From positions 64,001-128,000 of the forward strand of contig JAXGPF010000005.1 in assembly GCA_040767085.1 (NCBI GenBank): a DNA stretch of 64,000 bases. The letters are read 5' to 3'. The notes beneath the pieces are model-generated. The model did not search any database. It saw only the letters and a program-made list of their open reading frames with translations, and was not told where the DNA came from. The DNA comes from Kiritimatiellia bacterium (lineage in GTDB: Bacteria; Verrucomicrobiota; Kiritimatiellia; JAAZAB01). The position numbers and the translations under genes are program-made. Positions 10,360-20,818 of the stretch are shown in pieces (position 1 is the first letter of the stretch; each line of letters begins with the position of its first letter).

Positions 10360-10396
10360 GCGAGGCTGTTTTGATGAACCTTCAAACAGCCCGACC

Positions 10397-13393
10397 ATGG
10401 CATATCGTTTAGAAATCGGCCCGCGGCCCGGCGCGGCGGACACGCGCGGCGCTCTGGTGGAACGCCAGGCGCGGACAGCCCTCGGATTGCGCCTGGCTGC
10501 CGTCCATACCCGCACAGCGTACATCATCGACGCCGACCTGACAGCAACGGAGCGGGCAACCATCCGCCGGGAGTTTACCGACCCCATCGTGGAAATTTCG
10601 GCCGCGGGGCGGCTGCCGCCGCCGCGCCGGTTCGACTGGCTGATCGAAGTCGGATTTAAACCCGGCGTGACGGACAATGTCGGCAATACGGCGCGGACCG
10701 CGCTGCGGGATGTCCTGGACCGCCGCCTGCCTGACAGCGTCCGCGTTGACACCGCCACACAATATTTTATCGCTTTCCCGGCCGGCGCCGGCCGGCCGCG
10801 CCAGGTCCGGCAACTGGCGGAAAAATTGCTGGCCAATCCCCTGATCCATACCATCGCCATCCATGCGGCCGCCGCCTGGCGGCGACAAACGCCGGACGCT
10901 GAGGGCCCGGCCCCGCACGAACAGCAACCGCTGGAGGTCAAAACTTACGACTTGCGCGGTTCGGACGCAGATTTGCTGAAGTTCAGCCGCGACCATGTCC
11001 TTTCCTGCAGCCTGGCGGAAATGCGGGCGATCCGCGCCTACTTCCGCCGGCCGGCGGTCCGCCGGGCGCGGCAGGAGCTGGGCCTGCCGCCAACGCCGAC
11101 GGATGTCGAAGTGGAATGCCTCGCCCAGACCTGGTCGGAACATTGCAGCCACAAGATTTTCGCCGCGCAGATTGACTACCGCGATGAGCGCGGACGGCGG
11201 CAAACGATCAAATCGTTATATCGGACATTTATCAAGCATGCCACGCGCCAGGTCGCCCGCCGGCGCAACTGGCTGGTCTCGGTGTTCACCGACAATGCCG
11301 GCGTCATCCGTTTTACGCCCCGGCACCACCTGGTTTACAAGGTCGAGACCCACAACAGTCCTTCCGCGCTTGATCCCTACGGCGGGGCCATGACCGGCAT
11401 CGTCGGCGTCAACCGCGATCCGATGGGCACCGGCATGGGCGCGTCCCTGCTGTGCAACGTCTGGGGCTATTGCCTCGGTTCACCCTTTTACCGCGGGCAT
11501 TTGCCGGCCGGTTTAATGCATCCGCGGCGTATCCGCGACGGCGTACACCAGGGCGTGATTGAAGGCGGCAACCAGAGCGGCATCCCCTGGATGCGGGGGT
11601 GGGAATTTTTTGATGACCGTTTCATCGGCAAGCCCCTGGTGTTCTGCGGCACAGTCGGCCTGCTGCCGGTGCAGGTCAACGGCCGGCCCTCGGAACGGAA
11701 GGAGGTCCGGCCGGGCGATCTCCTGGTGGCGATGGGCGGCCGCATTGGCAAGGACGGCATTCACGGCGCGACTTTTTCCTCCGAGGAATTGCGGGAGGAT
11801 TCACCGACCCAGGCGGTGCAGATCGGCGACCCCATCACCCAGCGCAAGATGTATGAATGCCTCCTGGAAGCCCGTGACCGGGGTTTGTACCGCTGCATCA
11901 CGGATAACGGCGCGGGCGGCTTAAGCTGCGCGGCCGGGGAAATGGGGCGGATTGCCGGCGGGGTCGAATTGGACCTGGCGCGTGCGCCGCTGAAATACCA
12001 GGGCTTGCAGCCGTGGGAAATCCTGCTTTCCGAGGCCCAGGAACGGATGACCCTGGCGGTGCCGCCCAACCGCGTCCGGGCGCTGCTGCGCCTGGCGCAC
12101 CGACGCGATGTCGAGGCCGCGGTGCTGGGGCGTTTTACCGATACCGGCGTTTTCCTGATCCGCCACGGCGCTCAAACCGTCGGACGCCTGGAACTGCGGT
12201 TTCTCTACGGCGGCTGCCCGACCTTGCGCCTGCAAGCGCGCTGGCGTCCGCCCCGCAAGGCCCCGCCGCGCCTGCCGGCGCCCGGGCGGCGCGACCGGGT
12301 GCTGACGCAACTGCTGCAATCGCCGAATCTCTGTTCCCGCGAATTTAAAAGCCGGCAATACGACGCCGAAGTCAAGGGCTTGAGCGTGGTCAAACCCTTT
12401 GTCGGCGTCCATGGCGACATGCCCGCGGACGCCACCGTCATGCGCGCGGATTATCGCAGCCCGGAGGGGATCGTCCTGGCCGAAGGCATCAATCCGTTTT
12501 ATTCCGATCTCGATACCGGCGCGATGGCGGCCGCGGTTGTGGATGAGGCCGTGCGCCGGGCCATCAGCGCCGGCGCCGACCCCGAGCATCTGGCGGGCCT
12601 GGATAATTTCTGCTGGCCGGATCCGGTGCAATCCCCGAAGATTCCCGATGGGGCTTACAAACTGGCGCAGTTGGTGCGCGCCTGCCAGGCGCTGCATGAC
12701 ACCACGGTCGCCTTCGGCGTGCCCTGCATCTCAGGCAAGGATAGCTGCAAAAACGACTCGACGCGGGGGGGCCGCCTGATCTCCATCCCCCCCATCCTGC
12801 TGTTTTCCACGATCGGTAAAATCGCCGATGTGCGCCGGGCCGTCACCATGGAAGTCAAGCAGCCGGGCGACCTGGTGTTCCTGGTGGGCCTGACCGCCCC
12901 CGAATTGGGCGCCTCCGCCTTTTACCGGCTGCTGGCGGCGCAGCAAAAGCAGCCCGCCCATATCGGCGGACGCCTGCCGGACCTGAATCCCGACCGGGCC
13001 CGGCGCACCTACCGCGCCATGCATCAGGCCATCCAGGCCGGCCTGTTGCGCTCTTCCCATACCCCTGCTCGCGGCGGCCTGGCCGTGGCCCTGGCCTTGG
13101 CCGCCCTGGGCGGCGATCTCGGCCTGGAAATCGATCTGGATCAATTGCCCGCTGCCAGCCGCCTGTCGCCGGATGAAAAACTGTTTTCCGAATCCAACAG
13201 CCGGTTTATCGTCACCGCCGCTCCCGCCCATGCCGAACGCCTGGCTGAAATTTTCCAGGGACTGCCCTGCGCCCTGATCGGCCGGGTCGCGCGCCGGAAG
13301 CTTCTGAGCGTGCGCGACGGCGGCCGGCTGGTATTGCAGGCCGGACTGGCCGAATTGCGCCGGGCATATAAGCGAACGTTGCAAGACCTATGA
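10397..13393 (+). CDS. purL: Phosphoribosylformylglycinamidine synthase, synthetase subunit, with N-terminal PurS-like extension
   Basis: QTWSEHCSHK, KVETHNSPS, DNGAGG, SEAQERM, ISGKDS, LFSES motifs. Confidence 0.95.
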   Translation: MAYRLEIGPRPGAADTRGALVERQARTALGLRLAAVHTRTAYIIDADLTATERATIRREFTDPIVEISAAGRLPPPRRFDWLIEVGFKPGVTDNVGNTARTALRDVLDRRLPDSVRVDTATQYFIAFPAGAGRPRQVRQLAEKLLANPLIHTIAIHAAAAWRRQTPDAEGPAPHEQQPLEVKTYDLRGSDADLLKFSRDHVLSCSLAEMRAIRAYFRRPAVRRARQELGLPPTPTDVEVECLAQTWSEHCSHKIFAAQIDYRDERGRRQTIKSLYRTFIKHATRQVARRRNWLVSVFTDNAGVIRFTPRHHLVYKVETHNSPSALDPYGGAMTGIVGVNRDPMGTGMGASLLCNVWGYCLGSPFYRGHLPAGLMHPRRIRDGVHQGVIEGGNQSGIPWMRGWEFFDDRFIGKPLVFCGTVGLLPVQVNGRPSERKEVRPGDLLVAMGGRIGKDGIHGATFSSEELREDSPTQAVQIGDPITQRKMYECLLEARDRGLYRCITDNGAGGLSCAAGEMGRIAGGVELDLARAPLKYQGLQPWEILLSEAQERMTLAVPPNRVRALLRLAHRRDVEAAVLGRFTDTGVFLIRHGAQTVGRLELRFLYGGCPTLRLQARWRPPRKAPPRLPAPGRRDRVLTQLLQSPNLCSREFKSRQYDAEVKGLSVVKPFVGVHGDMPADATVMRADYRSPEGIVLAEGINPFYSDLDTGAMAAAVVDEAVRRAISAGADPEHLAGLDNFCWPDPVQSPKIPDGAYKLAQLVRACQALHDTTVAFGVPCISGKDSCKNDSTRGGRLISIPPILLFSTIGKIADVRRAVTMEVKQPGDLVFLVGLTAPELGASAFYRLLAAQQKQPAHIGGRLPDLNPDRARRTYRAMHQAIQAGLLRSSHTPARGGLAVALALAALGGDLGLEIDLDQLPAASRLSPDEKLFSESNSRFIVTAAPAHAERLAEIFQGLPCALIGRVARRKLLSVRDGGRLVLQAGLAELRRAYKRTLQDL

Positions 13394-14229
13394 AACACCG
13401 CCGACCCAGAGTCCTGATCGTTACCGGTTACGGCGTGAACTGCGAAGCCGAATCGGCTTACGCCTGGGAATTGGCCGGCGCCCGCCCGGTCAAAATGCAC
13501 CTGAACGATTTGCTGGCGGCGCCCCGGCAACTCGACCGTTACCAGGCATTGATGTTCATCGGCGGATTTTCGTTCGGCGATCACATGGGATCGGGGCACG
13601 TGTTGGCATTACGCTGGCGGCATTGCCTGCGCGATGCATTATGCCGTTTTCTCGCGCGCGGACGGCTGGCGCTGGGCATCTGCAACGGCTTCCAGGTCAT
13701 GGTCAAACTGGGCCTGCTGCCCGGCCTGGACAACGGGAATCATCCTGCCGTAAAACCGGGAGCGCACACCTGCCGCCTGGAGCAGCAAGCGGCGCTGACC
13801 CACAATCGTTGCGGCGTTTTCCAGAATTTCTGGGTGACCATCCGGTTCGATCCCCGCAGCCCATGCGTCTTTACCCGGGGGCTGGATCGGATGGAAATAC
13901 CCATCCGGCACGGCGAAGGACGGCTTTACGCGCCGGCGCCCGGCTTGCTGGATGAATTGGAGCGCCGCGGGTGTATCCCCTGCCGTTACATCCATCCGCG
14001 CACCGGGCGGCCGACGATGCGCTTTCCTCATAATCCCAACGGCTCGCAGCGGGCCATCGCCGGACTCTGCAGTCCGGACGGCCGGGTGTTCGGAATGATG
14101 CCCCATCCGGAAGCCTATTTATTCCCTGAAAACCATCCGCAATGGCCGCGCCAGAAACTGGCCGGCACGCTGCCGCGGCATGGCGCCGGCCTGGCTGTTT
14201 TCAAAAACGCCGTGGAATACCTGCAATGA
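13390..14229 (+). CDS. purQ: FGAM synthase glutaminase subunit
   Basis: GGFSFGD, GICNGFQ, HGEG, MMPHPE; overlaps the purL stop. Confidence 0.95.
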   Translation: MKHRRPRVLIVTGYGVNCEAESAYAWELAGARPVKMHLNDLLAAPRQLDRYQALMFIGGFSFGDHMGSGHVLALRWRHCLRDALCRFLARGRLALGICNGFQVMVKLGLLPGLDNGNHPAVKPGAHTCRLEQQAALTHNRCGVFQNFWVTIRFDPRSPCVFTRGLDRMEIPIRHGEGRLYAPAPGLLDELERRGCIPCRYIHPRTGRPTMRFPHNPNGSQRAIAGLCSPDGRVFGMMPHPEAYLFPENHPQWPRQKLAGTLPRHGAGLAVFKNAVEYLQ

Positions 14230-14852
14230 TCGCCATCGTTGATTATCGCGCGGGCAATCTCACCAGCGTGCGCCTGGCTTTCGAAGCCTTGCAGGCGCCC
14301 GCCATCGTCACTCGCGCGCCGGACGCCATCGCCGGCGCCGCGCGGGTAGTGTTTCCCGGCGTCGGCGCCGCCGGCGCCGCCATGGCTAACCTGAAAGCCC
14401 TGGGCCTGGCGGAGCCGCTGCGGGAGGCCGCGCGCCGCGGCACGCCCTTCCTCGGCATTTGCCTGGGCGCGCAGGCGCTTTTCGATTTTCTGGAGGAGGA
14501 TGGCGGAGTGCCGGGCCTGGGCCTCCTGCCCGGCACGGTCAGGAAATTCGCGCCGGCCGACCGGCGCGACAAGGTTCCCCAAATCGGCTGGAATGCCGTC
14601 CGCTGGCAAAGGCCCCACTCGCTTTGCGCCGGGATCGAGAGCGGCAGCGAATTTTACTTTGTCCATAGTTATTACATCGTCCCCGCCCGGCCGGAAGACA
14701 CCCTGGGCGCAACCGATTATGCCGGCGTAAGTTTCACCGCCATGGCGGCGCGGGGCAACCTGGCTGCCGCCCAGTTTCATCCGGAAAAATCCGGGCGCAT
14801 CGGCCTGCAATTGCTGAAAAATTTTATCCGTTGGACACCCCATGCTGACTAA
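14226..14852 (+). CDS. hisH: Imidazole glycerol phosphate synthase glutaminase subunit
   Basis: MIAIVDY..GN, FPGVG, GICLG, FVHSY, QFHPEKS. Confidence 0.95.
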   Translation: MIAIVDYRAGNLTSVRLAFEALQAPAIVTRAPDAIAGAARVVFPGVGAAGAAMANLKALGLAEPLREAARRGTPFLGICLGAQALFDFLEEDGGVPGLGLLPGTVRKFAPADRRDKVPQIGWNAVRWQRPHSLCAGIESGSEFYFVHSYYIVPARPEDTLGATDYAGVSFTAMAARGNLAAAQFHPEKSGRIGLQLLKNFIRWTPHAD

Positions 14853-15621
14853 ACGCATCATCCCCTGCCTGGACGTCCGGAACGGCCGGGTGACCAAGGG
14901 CGTTAAATTCCAGGACAACATCGCCCTGGGCGATCCGGTGGAAATGGCGGCCGCTTACAGCGCCAACGGATGCGATGAACTGGTGTTTTACGACATCGCC
15001 GCCTCCGCCGAAAGCCGGCCGATCGACCTGGCCATGGTCCAGTCAGTCGCGCGCGCCATCCGGATTCCGTTTGCCGTCGGCGGCGGCGTCGGCGGCCTAG
15101 CCGATATGGAAGCCGTGCTGCAAGCCGGCGCGGAAAAAATTTCCGTCAACTCGCTGGCGGTGCGCTGCCCCCGGATCATCGCCGAAGGCGCGCGCGCCTT
15201 CGGCGCGCAATGCATCGTGCTGGGCATGGACCCCGTCAGCGCGCCTGGCGACCCGCGGTTTCCCAGCGGCTATGAAATCACCATCCGCGGCTGCCGCGAG
15301 CGCACGGGGCTGGATGCCTTGGAATGGGCTAAACGCGCGGCCGGCCTGGGCGCGGGCGAGATTGTCGTCAATTCCGTGGATGCCGACGGCACGCGCGCCG
15401 GGTATGAATTACGCCTGACCCGCATGATCGCCGATGCGGTGGACGTGCCGGTGGTGGCCTCCGGCGGCGCCGGCCGGCCGGAACATCTAGCGGCCGCGTT
15501 CCGCGAGGGTGGCGCAGACGCGGCCATCATTGCCGGCATCCTGCATACGGGCGCATACACCATTGCCAGCATCAAGCAGGCATTGGCGGCCGACGGCATC
15601 CCCGTCCGTCAAAAATGGTGA
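14842..15621 (+). CDS. hisF: Imidazole glycerol phosphate synthase cyclase subunit
   Basis: MLTKRIIPCLDV, DELVFYDI, VDADGT, VASGGAG. Confidence 0.96.
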   Translation: MLTKRIIPCLDVRNGRVTKGVKFQDNIALGDPVEMAAAYSANGCDELVFYDIAASAESRPIDLAMVQSVARAIRIPFAVGGGVGGLADMEAVLQAGAEKISVNSLAVRCPRIIAEGARAFGAQCIVLGMDPVSAPGDPRFPSGYEITIRGCRERTGLDALEWAKRAAGLGAGEIVVNSVDADGTRAGYELRLTRMIADAVDVPVVASGGAGRPEHLAAAFREGGADAAIIAGILHTGAYTIASIKQALAADGIPVRQKW

Positions 15622-15745
15622 ATCCAGAACTATTAACAGGGTTCGGTTCCTGAGTAGCGCCGCGCCATGGCGCTATGACAGCAGACACCAATGCCCGATT
15701 GTTGATGTACTCGCCTTCACAGCCCGCCGCCCCAACAGATTGTGA

Positions 15746-15774
15746 TTGCATAAGATGCAGCTACTTGATATGGT
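15746..15774 (+). promoter_or_regulatory. Putative smc promoter
   Basis: TTGCAT-17 bp-TATGGT with an extended -10 TG. Confidence 0.55.
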
Positions 15775-15846
15775 ATGTTTCAGGTTAAGCCGGAACCCGC
15801 TGTCAGGCGGGCGCGGTGTTTAAAATTTCTACCGGAGCATGGCGCA

Positions 15847-18800
15847 GTGTACCTAAAAGCTTTGGAATTGGTTGGGTTTAAAAGTTTTGCAAATCGGACC
15901 CGTCTGGACTTCAATCCTGGTATGACGGCGATTGTCGGGCCGAATGGCTGCGGCAAAAGCAATGTTTCCGACGCGGTCCGCTGGGTGTTGGGTGAGCAGA
16001 GCGCCAAGCTGCTGCGCGGCGCGAAGATGGAAGACTGCATCTTCAACGGCACGGATAACCGCAAACCGCTGGGCATGGCGGAAGTCAGCCTGGTCCTGGC
16101 GGACTGCGAGCAGACGCTGGGCACGGAGTTCAACGAGGTCACCGTCACCCGCCGCGTCTTCCGTTCCGGCGAGGGCCAGTATTTCATTAATAAAACACCC
16201 TGCCGCCTGCGGGATATCCAACGCCTGTTCATGGACACGGGCATCGGGACCAGTTCCTACTCGCTCATGGAACAGGGCCGCATTGACCTGATCCTGAGTT
16301 CCCGGCCGGAAGACCGGCGCGAGGTTTTCGAGGAAGCCAGCGGCATCACCAAGTTCAAGTCCGACAAACGCGAAGCCCTGCGCAAGCTGGAGCAGACGGA
16401 AGCCAACCTGCTGCGCCTGGCCGATATCATCAAGGAGGTGCGCCGGCAAATCATCTCCTTGCAGCGCCAGGCCGGCAAGGCGGCGCGTTACAAGAAGCAC
16501 CAGGAGGAATTGCGCCGGCTGGATATTTTCGTCGCGCGTGAAAAGCTGAAAAGCATGGACGTCGAACGCACCGAAAACGAACGGCGGCTGGAATCCATCC
16601 GGCGGGAACTGGCCCAACGCCAGGAATCCATCCGGCAGCATGAGAGCCTGGGCGCCTCCCTGCGCGAACGCTTGGAAGCGGCCGAAGATGAAGCCGGCGG
16701 CGCCCAGCAGGCGTTGCTGGAATTGACCCGGCAGCGCGACCGCGCGCGCCAGGTGATTGAGCACAGCGAACGCCGCATCCAGGAACTCGAAGCGCAATGC
16801 GCGCGCGATGCCGCCGACACCGCCGGCGCCGGCGGGGAGCTGGATCAAACCCGGAAGGAACTGGAAGAATCCCAGCAGCGGCTGGCGGCGGCGGAAGGCG
16901 AATTTGCGGCCGCCCAAGCCGAATTGCAGGCGCAAGCCCAGAAACTGGCCGGCCACGAAAAACTGATCGCCGCCGCCAAGCAGGCCGTCACGCGCCTGCT
17001 GTCCGAATCCATGGAATTGGAAAACCGCCTGGCCCAGATTCAGAACGAGCTGCACAAACTTGAAAACGAAGACCGCAACATCGCCAGCCGCCGCGAACGC
17101 TGCGCCGCCGAGCAGGAAAACCTTAAATTGCTGCTCAGCGGACACCAGAAACGCGTCGCGGAATTGAAGCAAATCCGCGCCGAATCGCAAGCCGTCCAGG
17201 CCCAGGCCGCCCAAGCCCTGGCGGCCAAGCAGACGGAAATCACCGCCAGCCAGAACCGGCTCCGCCAGTCGGAACAGGCGCTCGCTGAATTGCGCGCCGA
17301 GCGCGCCGCCGCGGCGGCGCGCCTGGAAATACTGGACCGCAATCTCAAGACCAAAAGCGGATTTTCACAAAGCGCCCGGCGGCTGCTGGATGCCAAAATT
17401 GCGGACGACCTGCAGCCGAAAGTGCTGGGCGCCCTGGCCAGCCAGATTGAAGCCGCCCCGGAATACCGGCTGGCCCTGGAGACGGCGTTGCGCGCCTGGC
17501 TGGACGCCGTCGTCGTACAAGATATGCCGGCCGCCCTGGCGTGCCTCCGCGAAGTCGAGCCGGAAACCAAGGATGCCCTCCGCTTGCTGGCGGCGGCGGC
17601 CCCGGCACCGGCGGCGGCAGCACCGGAAGTTTTGCCGGCGGGCGCCGTCATGCTGCGCCCGCAGGTGCAAGCCCCGGCGGCCTTGGCCCCGCTGCTGGAC
17701 CGCTTATTGGCCGGGGTGGTGGTGGTGGACGACCTGGCCGCGCTGCCTCCGGACATCCCCCCCGCCGCCATCTACGTCACCCGGCAGGGCGTCTTGGTGC
17801 GCGGCGACGGCCGCCTGGAAATTCACCGCGGCGGCGCCCAGCAATCCAGCCCGCTGGCCAACAAACACCTCCTGGCCAAGCAGCGCGAACTGTTGGCCGG
17901 CGCGGACGCCCAACTGGCCGCGCGCCAGCAGGAGCGGGACGCCGGCGCCGCGCGTTGCCAGGCCTTGGAAAAGGAAGTGCAGGAACTGCGCGCCGCGCTC
18001 GCGGAAAAACAGCAGATCCAGGCCCGCCAGGAAGGCGAATTCCAACTGGTGGAGAAACAGGCGGATCAGGTCCGGCAGAACCTGGAAACCGTGGCCTGGG
18101 AGACGCGCGAACTGGAAAAACAGAGCAGTTCCGCCGATGCCAAAAGCGCCTTGATCGAGGAAACCGACCGCATCCGCGAACGCCGGCAGGAAATCCGCCG
18201 GCAGATCGAAGCCAACCAGCAGGAACAGGAGCGGCTCGAGCAGGCCCACCGCCAGCTTGCCGCCGCGGTTACCGCCGCCCAGGTGCGCTTCGCCAAGCAG
18301 GAAGAAGCCCGCGCTTTCATCCGCGCCCGGCGCCAGCCCTTGGCCGAACGGGCGCAGCAGCTGCAGAAAACCATTGACGAACGCCAGGCGCGCCAGACGG
18401 CCTGCCGCGGCGAAATCGCCGGCGTACGCCAGGCCATGCTCCAGGCGCAGACGGAATTGCCGCGGCTGGAGGAAGACATCCGGCAGCGCACCGCGCGCTT
18501 GGAGGATATTCAAAACCAGCGCGAACAGATGCATGCCGCCGCCAGGACCGCCGATGGGCAACTGCAGCAACTGCGCGCGGAGGCGGACACTCTCAGCCGG
18601 CAGGAAAGCGAGACTAACGGCAAATGCGTGGAACAACGCATGCAGCGCCAGTACCTGCTCGAACGCGTCACCGGCGAATACCGCATCTCCGCCGACGCCA
18701 TCCAGGTCGAGCCGGAGCCGGAATGGCCGGACCAGCAGCGCCCGGAGATGGAAAGCCTGGAACTCGCCATCGCCGAACTGCGCGCCAAGCTGGAAAGCAT

Positions 18801-19488
18801 GGGGCCGGTGAACACCGACGCCATCGCCGAATACAAGGAGCAGGAAGAACGCTACCAGTTCCTCAACAGCCAGCAGGATGATTTGCTCAAATCCAAGCAA
18901 CAACTGCTGGAAATGATCAAGACCATCAATCAGACCACCACCGAAATGTTTGCCAAGACCTTTGCCACGGTCAACGACAATTTCCAGGCAATGTTCAAGC
19001 AATTATTCGGCGGCGGCTCGGCCAAACTGATGTTGACCGACGACGAGGACATTCTCGAGTGCGGCATTGAAATCATCGCCCGGCCGCCCGGCAAGAAACT
19101 TCAAAGCGTCTCCCTGCTGTCCGGCGGCGAGCGCACCATGACCGCGGTTGCATTGTTGTTCGCGATTTTCATGGTCAAGCCCAGCCCATTCTGCGTGCTC
19201 GACGAACTGGATGCGGCGCTGGATGAATCCAATATCCACCGCTTCATCAAGGTGCTGCAAGGATTTGTCGCCCAATCGCAGTTCATCGTCATCACCCACA
19301 ACCGCGCCACCATCAGCGCCGCCAACGTGCTCTACGGCGTCACCATGGCCGAAACGGGCATCTCGAAAATCGTCTCCATGCGTTTTGTGGACCACTCCGG
19401 CAAGCTGGAGCCGGCGGAAACACCGGAGGGCCGGAACGGCGAGCCGGCCGCCGCCCAAGCGGAGCCAGCCGGGGCCGGCGGCCAGTAA
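15847..19488 (+). CDS. smc: Chromosome segregation protein SMC
   Basis: GFKSF, Walker A GPNGCGKSN, coiled coils and hinge, LSGGE, Walker B LDELDAALD; GTG start. Confidence 0.97.
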   Translation: MYLKALELVGFKSFANRTRLDFNPGMTAIVGPNGCGKSNVSDAVRWVLGEQSAKLLRGAKMEDCIFNGTDNRKPLGMAEVSLVLADCEQTLGTEFNEVTVTRRVFRSGEGQYFINKTPCRLRDIQRLFMDTGIGTSSYSLMEQGRIDLILSSRPEDRREVFEEASGITKFKSDKREALRKLEQTEANLLRLADIIKEVRRQIISLQRQAGKAARYKKHQEELRRLDIFVAREKLKSMDVERTENERRLESIRRELAQRQESIRQHESLGASLRERLEAAEDEAGGAQQALLELTRQRDRARQVIEHSERRIQELEAQCARDAADTAGAGGELDQTRKELEESQQRLAAAEGEFAAAQAELQAQAQKLAGHEKLIAAAKQAVTRLLSESMELENRLAQIQNELHKLENEDRNIASRRERCAAEQENLKLLLSGHQKRVAELKQIRAESQAVQAQAAQALAAKQTEITASQNRLRQSEQALAELRAERAAAAARLEILDRNLKTKSGFSQSARRLLDAKIADDLQPKVLGALASQIEAAPEYRLALETALRAWLDAVVVQDMPAALACLREVEPETKDALRLLAAAAPAPAAAAPEVLPAGAVMLRPQVQAPAALAPLLDRLLAGVVVVDDLAALPPDIPPAAIYVTRQGVLVRGDGRLEIHRGGAQQSSPLANKHLLAKQRELLAGADAQLAARQQERDAGAARCQALEKEVQELRAALAEKQQIQARQEGEFQLVEKQADQVRQNLETVAWETRELEKQSSSADAKSALIEETDRIRERRQEIRRQIEANQQEQERLEQAHRQLAAAVTAAQVRFAKQEEARAFIRARRQPLAERAQQLQKTIDERQARQTACRGEIAGVRQAMLQAQTELPRLEEDIRQRTARLEDIQNQREQMHAAARTADGQLQQLRAEADTLSRQESETNGKCVEQRMQRQYLLERVTGEYRISADAIQVEPEPEWPDQQRPEMESLELAIAELRAKLESMGPVNTDAIAEYKEQEERYQFLNSQQDDLLKSKQQLLEMIKTINQTTTEMFAKTFATVNDNFQAMFKQLFGGGSAKLMLTDDEDILECGIEIIARPPGKKLQSVSLLSGGERTMTAVALLFAIFMVKPSPFCVLDELDAALDESNIHRFIKVLQGFVAQSQFIVITHNRATISAANVLYGVTMAETGISKIVSMRFVDHSGKLEPAETPEGRNGEPAAAQAEPAGAGGQ

Positions 19489-19533
19489 GATCGGGGGGGG
19501 GACCGGCGGCGGCGGCCGCGCATGCGGCAGGTT

Positions 19534-20640
19534 TCAGGCGCCCTGTTGGCGCAGGACTTTTTCCAGGGCCCGGAGGCATTTTTCATTCTCCGGACGGGTG
19601 CCCAGGCTGATCCGCACGTGCCGGGGCAACTGGTACCCGTTTAACGGGCGGACGATGACATGCTCCTGCTGCATGGCCTGGAAGACCGCGCGGGCGTCGC
19701 CCACGTCCACCATGATAAAATTGGCGACCGGCGGCACATAGCGCAATCCCAGGCGGTCCAAGCCCGCCGTCATGAACGGCAGTTCCGAGCGCACCAGTTC
19801 CTGGAATCGCCGCACATGTTCGTCGTCGTCCAAGGCGGCCAACGCCGCCTCCAGGGCCAGTCCATTGACGTTAAACGGCTGGCGGATTTGATGCATCAGA
19901 CGGATGCCCTGCTCCGCCGAGACGCCGTAGCCGACGCGCAGCCCCGCCAGGCCATGGCTCTTGGCGAACGTGCGCAGCAGGATCACCCGGCGGCCATCGC
20001 GGATGTAGCGCAGGGCATCCGGCCGGCGCTCCGGCGGGATCAAATCAATGTAAGCTTCATCCAGGCAAGCTACTACGTGCGGCGGCAGGCGGTCCATGAA
20101 TCGGTCCAAATCCGCGCCCGCCACCATGGTGCCCGTCGGATTATTGGGATTGGAAATGAAGATCACCTTGGTGCGCGGCGTGACCGCCCGCAGCATGGCG
20201 TCCAGGTCATGCGTGTAATCGGCCATCGGCACGGCCGTCACCCGGGCCTGGAACATCCCGGCGATCAGGCGATAGATGGCAAATGCGCGGTCCGCCACCA
20301 CCACCTCGTCGCCCGGCTCCAGGTAAACATGGCCGATGAATTCCAGGATTTCGTTGCTGCCGTTGGCGACGATCAATTGCTCCGGGCTTATCCCCAGTTT
20401 ACGCGCCAGCGCCCGGCGCAGATAAAACGCGCTGCCATCCGGGTAATAATGCATGCGGGCGGCCGCCGCCCGCACCGCCGCCATCGCCTTGGGAGAAGGG
20501 CCGAGCGGATTTTCATTCGAGGCCAGCTTGACGATGGAGGAGGCATCGGGCAAGCCCAGTTCCCGCGCCAGCTCCTCCACCGGCCGGCCCGGCTCGTAAA
20601 CACCCAGTTGCTGCAACCATTGTTTGGCGATCTTTTGCAT
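19534..20640 (-). CDS. hisC: Histidinol-phosphate aminotransferase
   Basis: KLASNENPLG, NPNNPTG, DEAY, RTFAKSHGLAGLRVG. Confidence 0.93.
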   Translation of the reverse strand: MQKIAKQWLQQLGVYEPGRPVEELARELGLPDASSIVKLASNENPLGPSPKAMAAVRAAAARMHYYPDGSAFYLRRALARKLGISPEQLIVANGSNEILEFIGHVYLEPGDEVVVADRAFAIYRLIAGMFQARVTAVPMADYTHDLDAMLRAVTPRTKVIFISNPNNPTGTMVAGADLDRFMDRLPPHVVACLDEAYIDLIPPERRPDALRYIRDGRRVILLRTFAKSHGLAGLRVGYGVSAEQGIRLMHQIRQPFNVNGLALEAALAALDDDEHVRRFQELVRSELPFMTAGLDRLGLRYVPPVANFIMVDVGDARAVFQAMQQEHVIVRPLNGYQLPRHVRISLGTRPENEKCLRALEKVLRQQGA

Positions 20641-20818
20641 GCGCGCTGCTTTCCCTTGGATTATGCATGTAATTCCAAAACTCGCGTTTTGGAGGTTTAA
20701 AGATTTCACCCCGGCTCGGCCGGGGGACATCCCCGCAAAAAAGGAACGGATAAACTACACCATTGGACGCGAAATCACAATTATATTTGTCCGCGCCGGG
20801 GCAAGCCTGGCGGCCATT

